Source of the DNA: Pirellula staleyi DSM 6068
Lineage (GTDB): Bacteria; Planctomycetota; Planctomycetia; Pirellulales; Pirellulaceae
Assembly: GCA_000025185.1 (NCBI GenBank)
Contig: CP001848.1
Span: 5,460,001-5,492,000, forward strand
DNA length: 32,000 nucleotides
Reading direction: 5' to 3'
Shown: in pieces, positions 7,884-17,156 of the stretch
How positions within the stretch are numbered: position 1 is the stretch's first letter
Layout of the letters: every line of letters begins with the position of its first letter
Notes under the pieces: generated by a model
The model's database searches: none
Seen by the model: only the letters and a program-made list of their open reading frames with translations
Told to the model about the DNA's origin: nothing
Translations under genes and position numbers: made by a program

Positions 7884-10214
7884 ATGTCACGCGACTCCGA
7901 TCCTGAAATCGATGCACACCTGCGAAACGTTCCGCTCCCCAGCGGAATGCTCGACGCGCTGCGCATGATTCCGTTGGACGAAGAACGCTGCGAAGAAGAC
8001 GAAGCAATCGACCAAGCGCTGCGCGGCATGCCGATCCCTGCGGGATTTCTCGAGAGCCTGCTCGAAATTCCCCATGCCGATCGCCTCGATAGCGACGTGG
8101 CCGATCTGCCGGTGCCAGCCAGTTTGACGAAAAAGCTCAAGCGAATTCCGATCGAGAGCCAACTCGCTCGCAAGCATTTGCGATGGCAGTTGCAGGCTGT
8201 TGCAGCGCTGCTGTTCGTGGCATTCACTACAACGCTTTGGACCACTGTTGGCGCGATGGTCACAGCCCGCTTTCCGGTCACAGCCGAGGCTGATCCCGCG
8301 CTGGTTTTTGTCTACGACGGTCCGCTGCAAATGCAGGTCGAGCAGACACCCGTTTTTCAACTCGCTGACAGCAACAACTTGGAAAGCGAACTCGCCGGCG
8401 ACACTTCCACCCCTTTTTCTGCTGATCGAGCGTTACGCGAGTCGACTCTTGCCGTAGCCGAGCCGGCGGAACTAGCCGAGTTCGAAGTCAGCAGCTCGAT
8501 CTTTTCGCAGGTGAGTCAGCTCTTTGCTAATCGCGCTCGCGTGTGGGACGACGTTTCGCTCTTGCGACAAGGGGTGCTCGGATCGGCTGACTATATCGAC
8601 GACGAATTGGCCGAAGTTTCGCTTCCGCGCTGGCCAGTTTCGCGAGGGATCGAGCCTCCAATCGCGCGGGGCTACGACCGTAGCTTCTTTTTGCGGAATC
8701 GAGTTTTTCCACCGATTCCGCCTCGAGCCAGTGACGAGCTGCGAACCCTCGAGCCACCACTTTGGTTTGCCGCTGAACGTGCCTGGCAAGCGAGCCAAGA
8801 TTTGAAAGCGGCACGTCTCGTACGTCCTAGCCAAATTGCGGTGGAAGATTTTCTCGCCGCCATGGACTATCGATTTCCCGTGCCACAAGCGGGGCTTGCT
8901 TTGCGTACTGCAGCAGGGCCTTCGATTGCCTCGCTCACCGACCGCGCTGCCTCGCCCGGTCCACGCTCGTCGCTGCTGCTGCTCGGCATTCAAGGTGCCA
9001 ATATCCCCAAGACAGCTCCCTCGCGGCACATGATTGTGGCGGTGGATGTCTCGAGCAGCATGCATCGACAAGGGCGGATGCAGCAAGTCCGTTCCGCCCT
9101 CGATAAGTTCACCTCCCAGATGCGCGACGGCGACCAACTTTCGATCGTGGCCTTTCGCGACGTCAGTGAAGTGCTCGTCGAACGCGCCACTGCCTCCGAA
9201 GCCCAATCGGCCGTAGCGATGCTCGATCTACCGGTGGTGGTGAGTGGTACCAATCTCGCATCAGGCCTACAGCAAAGTCTGCTGCTCGCCATGCAGGCCC
9301 CAGGAGATGCCACCGCGACACCCCCCAGCGCCACCAGCGTGGTGGTGATTACCGACGGAACGCCCGAGTGGTCGCACGCGACCGTGCAGCAGCTCCATGC
9401 CTTGGCCGCCGATGCTGCCCAGCAACGCATCGAGATGCATGTTGCCTTGGTTGGCAATAACGCGCGAGCTCAATTGGCTGCTGAGCGCGATTCACTTGGC
9501 ACGCTGGCGCTCGACAAACTTTCCAGCCTGCTCGCGGGCGAGGTACATGCGATCGATTCGAGCCGCAATCTCTACGCACTTTTGACCGATACGCTCGCAG
9601 GCGGTTCCGCCGTGCTGGCGAGTGAGGCACGTCTTCGCATCGACTTTAATCCGCAAGTAGTTTCCGCTTACCGCTTGCTCGGACATGGCGCGACGGCTCT
9701 GGCCGATGTGCGCCCCGCCGAAGTTTCGGCGGAAATTCGCGCGGGGGAGACAGCCGTGGTCCTCGTCGAACTTTGGCTGGCAGTGGATAGCGGTCAGAGC
9801 TCGAGCGACGATGTCGCAACAGCGCATCTGTCGTGGCTCCATCCTGCGACCGGACAAGCGACCGAAGTTCGCCAGCGGGTCAGCCGACTGCAAATCGCCC
9901 CCAGTTGGAACGAGGCATCCGCACCACTTCAGGCCGCCGCGCTCGCTGCTGGTCTCGCCGAACAGCTTCGCGGAACGACGCAGCAACTCGCCACCCTGCG
10001 AAATGCCGCCGCTGGTAGCAATGGGACCGGAAATTCCGCCCCCGGCACTCCCACTACCACCCCCAACGGTGGCACCACCACCACGCCCGCTCAAGCACCG
10101 TATGTCCAACTGGCACGACTCGCTCGCCAAAGTTCGTCGCTGCTGTCCGATCGCACCGAATTTGTCGAACTGAGGCTGTTGCTGGAACAATTGGCGGAGA
10201 AACCACCCCGATGA
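7884..10214 (+). CDS. membrane-anchored anti-sigma-like protein with periplasmic YfbK-type von Willebrand factor A domain
   Basis: It lies directly downstream of the ECF sigma gene. The cytoplasmic N-terminus carries three peptide repeats, followed by one TM (LQAVAALLFVAFTTTLWTTVGAMV, about 8190-8261). A vWF N-terminal-like motif (VEDFLAAMDYRFPVP) is present. The VWA domain has the MIDAS motif DVSSS (9045-9059) and ITDG. A DUF3520-like C-terminal motif follows (IDFNPQVVSAYRLLGHG), then a Thr/Pro/Gly-rich tail. Confidence 0.85.
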   Translation: MSRDSDPEIDAHLRNVPLPSGMLDALRMIPLDEERCEEDEAIDQALRGMPIPAGFLESLLEIPHADRLDSDVADLPVPASLTKKLKRIPIESQLARKHLRWQLQAVAALLFVAFTTTLWTTVGAMVTARFPVTAEADPALVFVYDGPLQMQVEQTPVFQLADSNNLESELAGDTSTPFSADRALRESTLAVAEPAELAEFEVSSSIFSQVSQLFANRARVWDDVSLLRQGVLGSADYIDDELAEVSLPRWPVSRGIEPPIARGYDRSFFLRNRVFPPIPPRASDELRTLEPPLWFAAERAWQASQDLKAARLVRPSQIAVEDFLAAMDYRFPVPQAGLALRTAAGPSIASLTDRAASPGPRSSLLLLGIQGANIPKTAPSRHMIVAVDVSSSMHRQGRMQQVRSALDKFTSQMRDGDQLSIVAFRDVSEVLVERATASEAQSAVAMLDLPVVVSGTNLASGLQQSLLLAMQAPGDATATPPSATSVVVITDGTPEWSHATVQQLHALAADAAQQRIEMHVALVGNNARAQLAAERDSLGTLALDKLSSLLAGEVHAIDSSRNLYALLTDTLAGGSAVLASEARLRIDFNPQVVSAYRLLGHGATALADVRPAEVSAEIRAGETAVVLVELWLAVDSGQSSSDDVATAHLSWLHPATGQATEVRQRVSRLQIAPSWNEASAPLQAAALAAGLAEQLRGTTQQLATLRNAAAGSNGTGNSAPGTPTTTPNGGTTTTPAQAPYVQLARLARQSSSLLSDRTEFVELRLLLEQLAEKPPR

Positions 10215-10274
10215 ATCCACTTGGGGCGATTGATCCGCCGCTAACTAGATTATAATTTATCGTCGCCTTAGGGC

Positions 10275-10317
10275 CGGATGGTGGCTATGCTCCTTACCAA
10301 CGAAGCACCACCATCCG
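10275..10317 (+). other. 10-bp stem hairpin downstream of the anti-sigma gene
   Basis: cggatggtgg (10275-10284) pairs with ccaccatccg (10308-10317) around a 23-nt loop. There is no T-run, so it is not a canonical intrinsic terminator. Confidence 0.3.
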
Positions 10318-10709
10318 CCAGAATTCGCAAGAACAGCTGCGCCACTGAATCCTCCTGATGCTCGAATCGATCTCGCAGCGCTAGTTGCTTGAGCATCTCG
10401 AAAGTTCACACGCGTGGTCCACTGTGGTTCGTAAAGGCCGCTGTGGTTCGCGAATGATAGTTGGGAAGGTTGGCTGAACGCTTTTGATTGCTCGACTGTA
10501 AACCTCACCGATGCATCGACTTTCGCTCGATCGCAGTGAGGCTGACTGAACTGGAATACGCCACTGCGGCGCTATCGCTGTCAAACTTTGTTGACACCAC
10601 GCCGCGAAGCTCGTCTCGATTTAGGAATGAACTACCAGAACCCCGTCGCCTGAGCATTACCCTCCGATGCCAGACCACGCGGTTCTCTCGATGAAAGGAT
10701 CTGCTGACC

Positions 10710-13700
10710 ATGAAACGCAAAATCCTAGTCGCGTGCGCCGGCACGCTTCTGGCCTGGTCACTCTCGGCATCGTCACTTCTGGCTGCCGAACCTGCCCAAG
10801 CTTTCCTCGACGGATTGCGAGACAAAGAATATTTCGACACGGCTATCGAGTACCTCGAAGCTGCGGCTAAGAACCCAGCAGTGCCGGTCGAGTTCAAGCA
10901 AAAGATCCTCTTCGAAAAAGGGATCACGCTGGTGCAAGGCGCCCGCAAGCAGCGCGATCCCGCTCTGCGCGAACTGCAACTCGATGAAGGTCAGAAGGTC
11001 CTGACCCAGTTCACCAACGAGCAAAAACAATCGGTGCTCGTCATCGCTGCCCGGCAGAATCTCGGCAACGTGATTGTCGAACGGGCTCGTGCTCGCCTCG
11101 ATAAATCGGCCAAATTGGCGGCAGCTGAAAAGGCTGCGATGGTCGCCGATGCCCAAAAGCTCTACACCGAAGCGATCGGCGTATTCGACACACTAGTCAC
11201 GGAACTGGCCGAGAAACTTAAAGGCTATCCCGCCGCGCTCGACGCCAAGAAGGATGCTCGCCGCATCGAAGAGCGCGATCAGTATCGTCTCGACTACCTG
11301 CAAGCGCAGCTGCTCGGGGCCATCACTCGCGAACTCCTCGCCGATTCCTTCCCCGATGGTGCGAAAGGAAAAACAGACAACCTGGCGCTCGCTATCAAGG
11401 AATACACCGAGATCTACTCGAAATATCGGACCCGTATCGCTGGTCTCAACGCGCACCTCTTTCGCGGACGCTGCGAACAAAAGCTCGGCAAGCACAAAGA
11501 AGCAGTGGCGATCTTCACGGAACTACTCGCTAACCCGAACGAGCCCGATGCTTTCCGCAAACTCAAGCTCGACACCGCCGCTGTCGCCGTAGTCTCGTGG
11601 AATGCACTCAAGCAGTACAACGAAACGATCACCAAGGGGACGCCCGTCATCGACAGCGCCCGCGCGTCGGAAGATCGCAGCGATGAACTGCAGCTCCTCC
11701 GTGTGCAAGTTGCGAAAGCGACGAAACTCTACGCCGACGAACTGAAGGCCAAAGACCCCAAGAATCCGCAGATCAAAAAGCTGCTCACCGATGGTCGCAA
11801 GCTTGTGACTTACGTCGCCAAGTTTCCTGGACCACAGCAAGAGGCTGCTCGACGCATGATTCCCGACTTCACCGGTGGTGATGCGGAGAGCCTCGCCGAA
11901 CGTCCCGAGCCCAAGACCTTCCTGGAAGCTCGCGAAGCGGCCAAGCAAGCGGTCGATGCCATGAAGGTTGCCGACCTCGTTTTGAAGACGGTTCCCGCCC
12001 GCGTCGCGCAGACGAAAGACCCGAAAGAAAAAGCAGCGCTCGAAGCGCAGCTGACCGAAGCCAAGCAAGCCACCGAAACCGCTCGTCAAGATGCACTCCG
12101 CTATCTACGTCTGGCACTTCGGTTTTCGGATAAAGAGACCGATGTCGCCGATCTCAACACCGTGCGCTATCTGCTCTGCTTCTTCCTCTTCGGTGAAAAG
12201 CAGTATCACGACGCCATCGTGCTCGGCGAGTTTGTTGCTAATCGCTATCCCGAAAGCCAAGGGGCTCGCGCTTGTGCCAAGATTGCCATGGCTTCGTACA
12301 TTCAACTCTTCGCGGAAAGCAAATCGGCCGACAAGTCGTACGAATCGGGTCGGATCATCTCGGTCGCCGATTACATCGTGAAGAAGTGGCCCGATCAACC
12401 CGAAGCAGAAGAAGCCCTCAACACGCTCATTCCGTTCATGATTCGCGAGAAGCGCATCGCGGATGCCGAAGATTACCTAGCCAAGATTCCTGCCGAGTCG
12501 CAGTTTCGCGGCATTGCCGAACTCAAGACCGGTCAGGCTCTCTGGGGAACTTACCTCGACACCAGCCGCCAGCTTCGCGAATGGGAAAACGGCACTACCG
12601 AGCAGCCTGAAGGGACCGACATTGCCAAGGTAAAAGCCGAACTCGAAGTCCTGCGCTCGAAGGCTAAGTCGACTCTCGAAAACGGTGTGAACCGGATGAA
12701 GGCGGGCACCGAAATTTCCAAGTGGGTCACCGACGCTGTCCTCTATCTCACGCAGATCTACGTCGAAACTGGCGAAGCCGACAAAGCAGTCACACTGCTC
12801 GAAGATCCGAAGGTCGGCATCATCACTCTGCTCAAGGCCAACGATCCTTCGACCCAGCGCGACGGTTTTGCCGAAGAGACCTACAAGACCGCGCTCCGCT
12901 GCTACATCTCGTCGCTGGCCACCAGCAAAGATCCCGATGCCACCGTGGCCAAAGCCAAGGAAGTGATGCAGTCGCTCAAGGATCGCATGGGAGCAACCCC
13001 GGAAGGGCAGCAAAAGCTGGTTTCGATCTACTACAGTTTGGCCCGCGATCTCCAAGGACAAATGGAACGTGCCGATGCCACGGCCAAGTCGGGGCTCGGT
13101 AAAGGTTTTGAAGCGTTCCTCGGACAGGTCGGTAAAGATTCGACCGAACTCAACGTGCTAAACTGGGTCGCGGAAACCTATCGTGGCATGGGCGAAAGTT
13201 TTGCCACCAGCGACCCAGGAAAAGTATCGCCTGAAGCCAAACGCTACCTCGATCAAGCTGTCGTCACGTACAACAAAATTCTGGACACCGGTGCGAAGAA
13301 GCAAGGCTTCCTCTCCGAGCAGATGAACGTGCAGATTCAGCTGCAAGTAGCCAAAACCAAGCGTGCACTCGGCGACTTCGAGGGCTCGATCAACGAGTTC
13401 GAGAAGATCCTGAAAACCAGCAACAACAACCTAGTGATCCAGCAGGAAGCGGCTCGCACGTTCCAGTCGTGGGGTAGCGCCAAGAGCTTGCCCGACCGCT
13501 ACAGCGATGCCATCTTCGGGGCCCGTCCCGACAACACCAAAAACGGCAAGCGAACCATTTGGGGCTGGGCGCAGATTGCTGCGATGACAGCCGCGAATGC
13601 CAAATTCCGCGATTCGTTCTTCGAAGCTCGCTACAACTTGGCGGTCGCTCGCTTTGGCATGGCCAACACCACGAAGGACACTGCCAAAAAGGGTGATATC

Positions 13701-13976
13701 ACGAAGTCTGCGAAACGTGATATCGAGCTCATGGCTCGCCTCTATCCCGATCTGGGTGGCGACAAATGGCGTCCGCAGTTCGACGCCCTCTGCAAACGGA
13801 TTCAAACGGCACTAAAAGAGCCACCGATCGGACTCAAAGAATTTCCGCCACCCACGGTAGTGCCCAAGACCACGCCAGCAGCAGCTCCTGCGGCTGGTGC
13901 ACCAGCTGCCGCGCCGGCCAAGAGTACCCCAACCAGTGCCCCAGCGGCAAAACCAGCTCCCGCCAAAGCGGGCTAG
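10710..13976 (+). CDS. large secreted TPR/helical-repeat protein with Pro/Ala-rich C-terminal tail
   Basis: AAAGGA lies upstream of ATG 10710. The signal peptide is MKRKILVACAGTLLAWSLSASSLLAAEP. The 1088-aa product is overwhelmingly helical-repeat in character (recurrent A/L/Y/E-K patterns typical of TPR). The last about 45 aa are PPPTVVPKTTPAAAPAAGAPAAAPAKSTPTSAPAAKPAPAKAG. Confidence 0.8.
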   Translation: MKRKILVACAGTLLAWSLSASSLLAAEPAQAFLDGLRDKEYFDTAIEYLEAAAKNPAVPVEFKQKILFEKGITLVQGARKQRDPALRELQLDEGQKVLTQFTNEQKQSVLVIAARQNLGNVIVERARARLDKSAKLAAAEKAAMVADAQKLYTEAIGVFDTLVTELAEKLKGYPAALDAKKDARRIEERDQYRLDYLQAQLLGAITRELLADSFPDGAKGKTDNLALAIKEYTEIYSKYRTRIAGLNAHLFRGRCEQKLGKHKEAVAIFTELLANPNEPDAFRKLKLDTAAVAVVSWNALKQYNETITKGTPVIDSARASEDRSDELQLLRVQVAKATKLYADELKAKDPKNPQIKKLLTDGRKLVTYVAKFPGPQQEAARRMIPDFTGGDAESLAERPEPKTFLEAREAAKQAVDAMKVADLVLKTVPARVAQTKDPKEKAALEAQLTEAKQATETARQDALRYLRLALRFSDKETDVADLNTVRYLLCFFLFGEKQYHDAIVLGEFVANRYPESQGARACAKIAMASYIQLFAESKSADKSYESGRIISVADYIVKKWPDQPEAEEALNTLIPFMIREKRIADAEDYLAKIPAESQFRGIAELKTGQALWGTYLDTSRQLREWENGTTEQPEGTDIAKVKAELEVLRSKAKSTLENGVNRMKAGTEISKWVTDAVLYLTQIYVETGEADKAVTLLEDPKVGIITLLKANDPSTQRDGFAEETYKTALRCYISSLATSKDPDATVAKAKEVMQSLKDRMGATPEGQQKLVSIYYSLARDLQGQMERADATAKSGLGKGFEAFLGQVGKDSTELNVLNWVAETYRGMGESFATSDPGKVSPEAKRYLDQAVVTYNKILDTGAKKQGFLSEQMNVQIQLQVAKTKRALGDFEGSINEFEKILKTSNNNLVIQQEAARTFQSWGSAKSLPDRYSDAIFGARPDNTKNGKRTIWGWAQIAAMTAANAKFRDSFFEARYNLAVARFGMANTTKDTAKKGDITKSAKRDIELMARLYPDLGGDKWRPQFDALCKRIQTALKEPPIGLKEFPPPTVVPKTTPAAAPAAGAPAAAPAKSTPTSAPAAKPAPAKAG

Positions 13977-14104
13977 GTTGGCTAGGGAAAACAAGTTCTC
14001 TGTCGACAAAACACTTTTATTGTCACCACTACTTCAGCTCAACCCACACTGACATCACCCGCACACCAGCGATACAGGTCCGCAACGGACAGGAGTTTTT
14101 TACG

Positions 14105-15151
14105 ATGATTCGCTCGCTCACCCTTAGTCTCACGCTGGCATTTGCTTCTGCCATTCTGCCAAGCGTGGCCCTTGGTCAGGCTTTCGACGTAGTTTATGAA
14201 ACCAAAGGTGGTCAGCCGAGTCGCGGTTCGATTTCGAACATGACGCGCGACGAGGTGGTGCTCGACGTGTCGGGTGTTCCACGGACTTTCAAAGTCAACG
14301 AAATCGCCCGTCTCACGCTGGCCGATGAGCCGCAGGAACTCGGCAGCGCTCGTAACGCTGTGACGCAGAGCAACTGGAACGTCGCTGCTCAAGAGCTTCG
14401 TAAGCTCGAAGGGGTTGCCGTTGATCGCAGCTATATCAAAGCCGACATCGATTTCTTCAAAGCTCTCGTGGCCGCCAAACTTGCCATGACCGAAGGTGGA
14501 GACAAAGCAGCGGCTGAAAAAGCACTGCTCGACTTTGTTCGTGCCAATTCCGCCAACTGGCATTTCTACGCAGCTGCCGAATCGCTCGGAGATCTGGCTG
14601 TTTCGTCGGGCAAGTATGCCGAAGCTGCCAAGTACTATGGTCCGATCGCCGCTGCACCGTTTGGCGAGTACCAAATGAAGGCTAACAATTCGATCGGCCG
14701 GGCACTCACCGCCCAGAAGCAGTATCCCGATGCGATCACCCGCTTCGACGCTGTGATCGACGGTTCGCTAAGCACCCCCGAAGCTGCTCAGCAGAAGACC
14801 CTGGCCTCGATTGGCAAAGCGGTTTGCCTCGCAGCCACCGGTAAGGCCGACGAAGGGCTCACGATTGTAAACGACATTATTGCCAAGAACGATCCGGCCG
14901 ACGTCACGCTGTTCGCTCGAGCCTACAACGCCTTGGGGAACTGCTACCTGAAGACCGGCAAGAACAAAGACGCACTGCAGGCATTCCTGCACACCGACAT
15001 CCTGTTCTATGCCGATTCGGAATCGCATGCCGAAGCGCTCTACCACCTCAGCAAACTGTGGGCGACCGAGGAAAAGCCAGATCGTGCGACAGCCGCCCGC
15101 ACAACGCTCCGCGAGCGCTATTCGGGTAGCGTGTGGGCGACCCTGGACTAA
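14105..15151 (+). CDS. secreted TPR-repeat protein
   Basis: AGGAG lies 9 nt upstream of ATG 14105. The signal peptide is MIRSLTLSLTLAFASAILPSVALGQA. A short beta-like N-domain is followed by TPR-like repeats (YAEAAKYYGPIA, YPDAITRFDAVI, YNALGNCYLKTGKNKDALQAF). The ORF-track extension back to 13766 overlaps the upstream gene and is rejected. Confidence 0.75.
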   Translation: MIRSLTLSLTLAFASAILPSVALGQAFDVVYETKGGQPSRGSISNMTRDEVVLDVSGVPRTFKVNEIARLTLADEPQELGSARNAVTQSNWNVAAQELRKLEGVAVDRSYIKADIDFFKALVAAKLAMTEGGDKAAAEKALLDFVRANSANWHFYAAAESLGDLAVSSGKYAEAAKYYGPIAAAPFGEYQMKANNSIGRALTAQKQYPDAITRFDAVIDGSLSTPEAAQQKTLASIGKAVCLAATGKADEGLTIVNDIIAKNDPADVTLFARAYNALGNCYLKTGKNKDALQAFLHTDILFYADSESHAEALYHLSKLWATEEKPDRATAARTTLRERYSGSVWATLD

Positions 15152-15638
15152 TTCTGCCGCTGGTCCTGTCACCTGGCAGGGGACACCAAAGCGGGTGGGC
15201 GCGACTGTAGCGACTCACTCTCGTTGGGGAACCAGTTTTTCAGCCACTTGGTTCTTTACCCCGCAAAACGCCCGAGTTTAGAATAGAAAGTCTAGGTCAA
15301 TTGCGACAACTGTAACGTTTTTCTAGGTACATCGCGCCGTGCCGCGCGTTTAAGCCTGGATACTGCGTAGACTCGCAACCCAACCGGAAATGGTCCGCTG
15401 AGCTGGCAATAAATTCGCGTCGTTTTGCAGAATTTAAGGTTATCGCGAGACCGTCCCGTTCCCTCGCTGCTTGCTATCCCTTGTCTTGTCGATTGGATTG
15501 ATCAAACTCTCGTCTTCAGCCTTCGAGCTTGGCCTCGACAAGCTGCTTACCGCAGCGTCGCACACCTGGTTCGACTTCCCTCACAACGTTCCCCGAACAC
15601 CTTTCCCATTCACGGTTTGATTCACACTTAGGTGCTCT

Positions 15639-16472
15639 ATGCGTCTCTTGGAGATTCCGATGCGTCTCGTAGCTACGATGCCAGCTCGCGCGCTGGTCTG
15701 CGGTCTGTTGGCCTGTTTCGCGCTGGTGGCCGGAGCGATCACCGATCACTCGCCACTTTCGCCCCAAGTGGCTGTTGCCCAAGAAGAGCCAGCCGCTGAA
15801 GATGCAGCAGCACCTGCCGATGAGGCTGAGGCTCCGAAGGCCAAGCAAAGCTACCTGATGTGGTTTCTCAACGCTCTGGGTGTTCGCTACGCCATCGCGT
15901 TCTTTGTCCTCTCGTTCACCTTCGTCGCCGTGCTGGTGATGAACATGCTCGCGCTCCGCCGCGATGCGATTGTTCCCAAGAGCCTGGCCGAAGCTTTCGA
16001 AGCGAACCTCAACGAAAAGAAGTTCCAAGAAGCTTTCGATCTGGCCAAAGCCGACGATTCGTTCCTCGGACAGATGCTCGCCGCTGGCATGTCGAAGCTG
16101 CAGCAGGGGTACGACAAGGCCACCACAGCGATGGGCCAAGTTGCTGAAGAAGAAATCATGAAGCTCGAACAGCGTTTGAGCTTGATCGGTCTCGTCGGTT
16201 CGATCAGCCCAATGGTGGGCCTGCTCGGCACGGTGGACGGAATGGTCGCGTCGTTCCAAGTGATCGCCATGAGTGGTGCCACGCCGAAAGCTTCGGATCT
16301 CGCCGAAGGTATTTCGATGGCACTCATCACGACCCTCGTCGGTCTGGTTCTCGCGATTCCTGCAACGATTGCGTTCGCACTCTTCAAGAACCGCCTATCG
16401 AAGCTGACGCAAGAACTCGGCGTTCAAGCCGATAACTTGATGAGCCGCTTTGAAACGGTTGCCAAGAAGTAG
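15639..16472 (+). CDS. exbB: MotA/TolQ/ExbB-family proton-channel protein with N-terminal signal-like helix and acidic linker
   Basis: AGGTG lies 6 nt upstream of the ATG. Family motifs are LIGLVGSISPMVGLLGTVDGMVASF and EGISMALITTLVGLVLAIPATIAFALFKNRL. An N-terminal extra helix and a linker (EEPAAEDAAAPADEAEAPKAK) precede the canonical TM1. Confidence 0.9.
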   Translation: MRLLEIPMRLVATMPARALVCGLLACFALVAGAITDHSPLSPQVAVAQEEPAAEDAAAPADEAEAPKAKQSYLMWFLNALGVRYAIAFFVLSFTFVAVLVMNMLALRRDAIVPKSLAEAFEANLNEKKFQEAFDLAKADDSFLGQMLAAGMSKLQQGYDKATTAMGQVAEEEIMKLEQRLSLIGLVGSISPMVGLLGTVDGMVASFQVIAMSGATPKASDLAEGISMALITTLVGLVLAIPATIAFALFKNRLSKLTQELGVQADNLMSRFETVAKK

Positions 16473-16622
16473 TTGTGAGCTAGCGAGCACCCAAGCGATG
16501 GCTCGGCAGTCGATTGGACTGGCCGAGTCACTTGCTGCCAAACGCTCGATGGTGCTCCCTTCATTCCCAAGTAGACCTAGTCGACCATTAGTCGCCGGTA
16601 TTCGTCAGAAAGCGTACGAGCC

Positions 16623-17069
16623 ATGAAGATCAAGTCGAAGGGACCTCAGGTCATCGAAATCGACATGACGCCGATGATCGATATGACGTTCCAGCTCATT
16701 GCGTTCTTCATGATCCTCATCAATTTTGATGCCAGTGAACAGGATCAGCGCGTGCAGCTTCCCAAGAGCACCTTGGCCAAGCCACCGGAAGGGAAGATCG
16801 AAACACCGATCACCATTCAGCTGACGAAGGATGGCATGACGAGCATCGGTGGCCAAGACTTTGCTCAGCCAGCTGGTATGAAGCCTGTTCTCAACAACGA
16901 AAAAATTGTGCTTGAGACGGTGCAAAACAAACCTGGCAATTCCGCCACGATCATCATTCGCGCTCACAAAGATGCCAAGACCGGCATGGTGCAAGAGGTG
17001 ATTAAGGTTTGCCAAGAGGTTGGCTTCGAGAAATTTACGCTCCGCGCTGAAGAGCAAGCAGGCTACTAA
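16623..17069 (+). CDS. exbD: ExbD/TolR-family biopolymer transport protein
   Basis: The N-terminal motif is IEIDMTPMIDMTFQLIAFFMILI, which includes the conserved TM Asp. The periplasmic domain contains TIIIRAHKDAKTGMVQEVIKVCQEVGF, typical of ExbD/TolR. Confidence 0.9.
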   Translation: MKIKSKGPQVIEIDMTPMIDMTFQLIAFFMILINFDASEQDQRVQLPKSTLAKPPEGKIETPITIQLTKDGMTSIGGQDFAQPAGMKPVLNNEKIVLETVQNKPGNSATIIIRAHKDAKTGMVQEVIKVCQEVGFEKFTLRAEEQAGY

Positions 17070-17156
17070 GACTCGCTCTGTAGCACTTGTTAGTACGAGA
17101 CTCCCGCAAAATCCCGCCATCCCAAGCATGGCGCACGACCTACGAAGAAACTTGCG

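Noticed and set aside
8472-10220. Minus-strand ORFs (8472..9206, 8990..9457, 9492..10220) opposite the VWA gene
   Set aside because: They are shadow ORFs. The + strand frame carries the contiguous vWF-N, VWA (MIDAS) and DUF3520 architecture.
13766-14104. Upstream extension of the second TPR gene overlapping the end of the 1088-aa gene
   Set aside because: The extension is out of frame with, and overlaps, a supported gene. An AGGAG-preceded ATG at 14105 starts a clean signal peptide.
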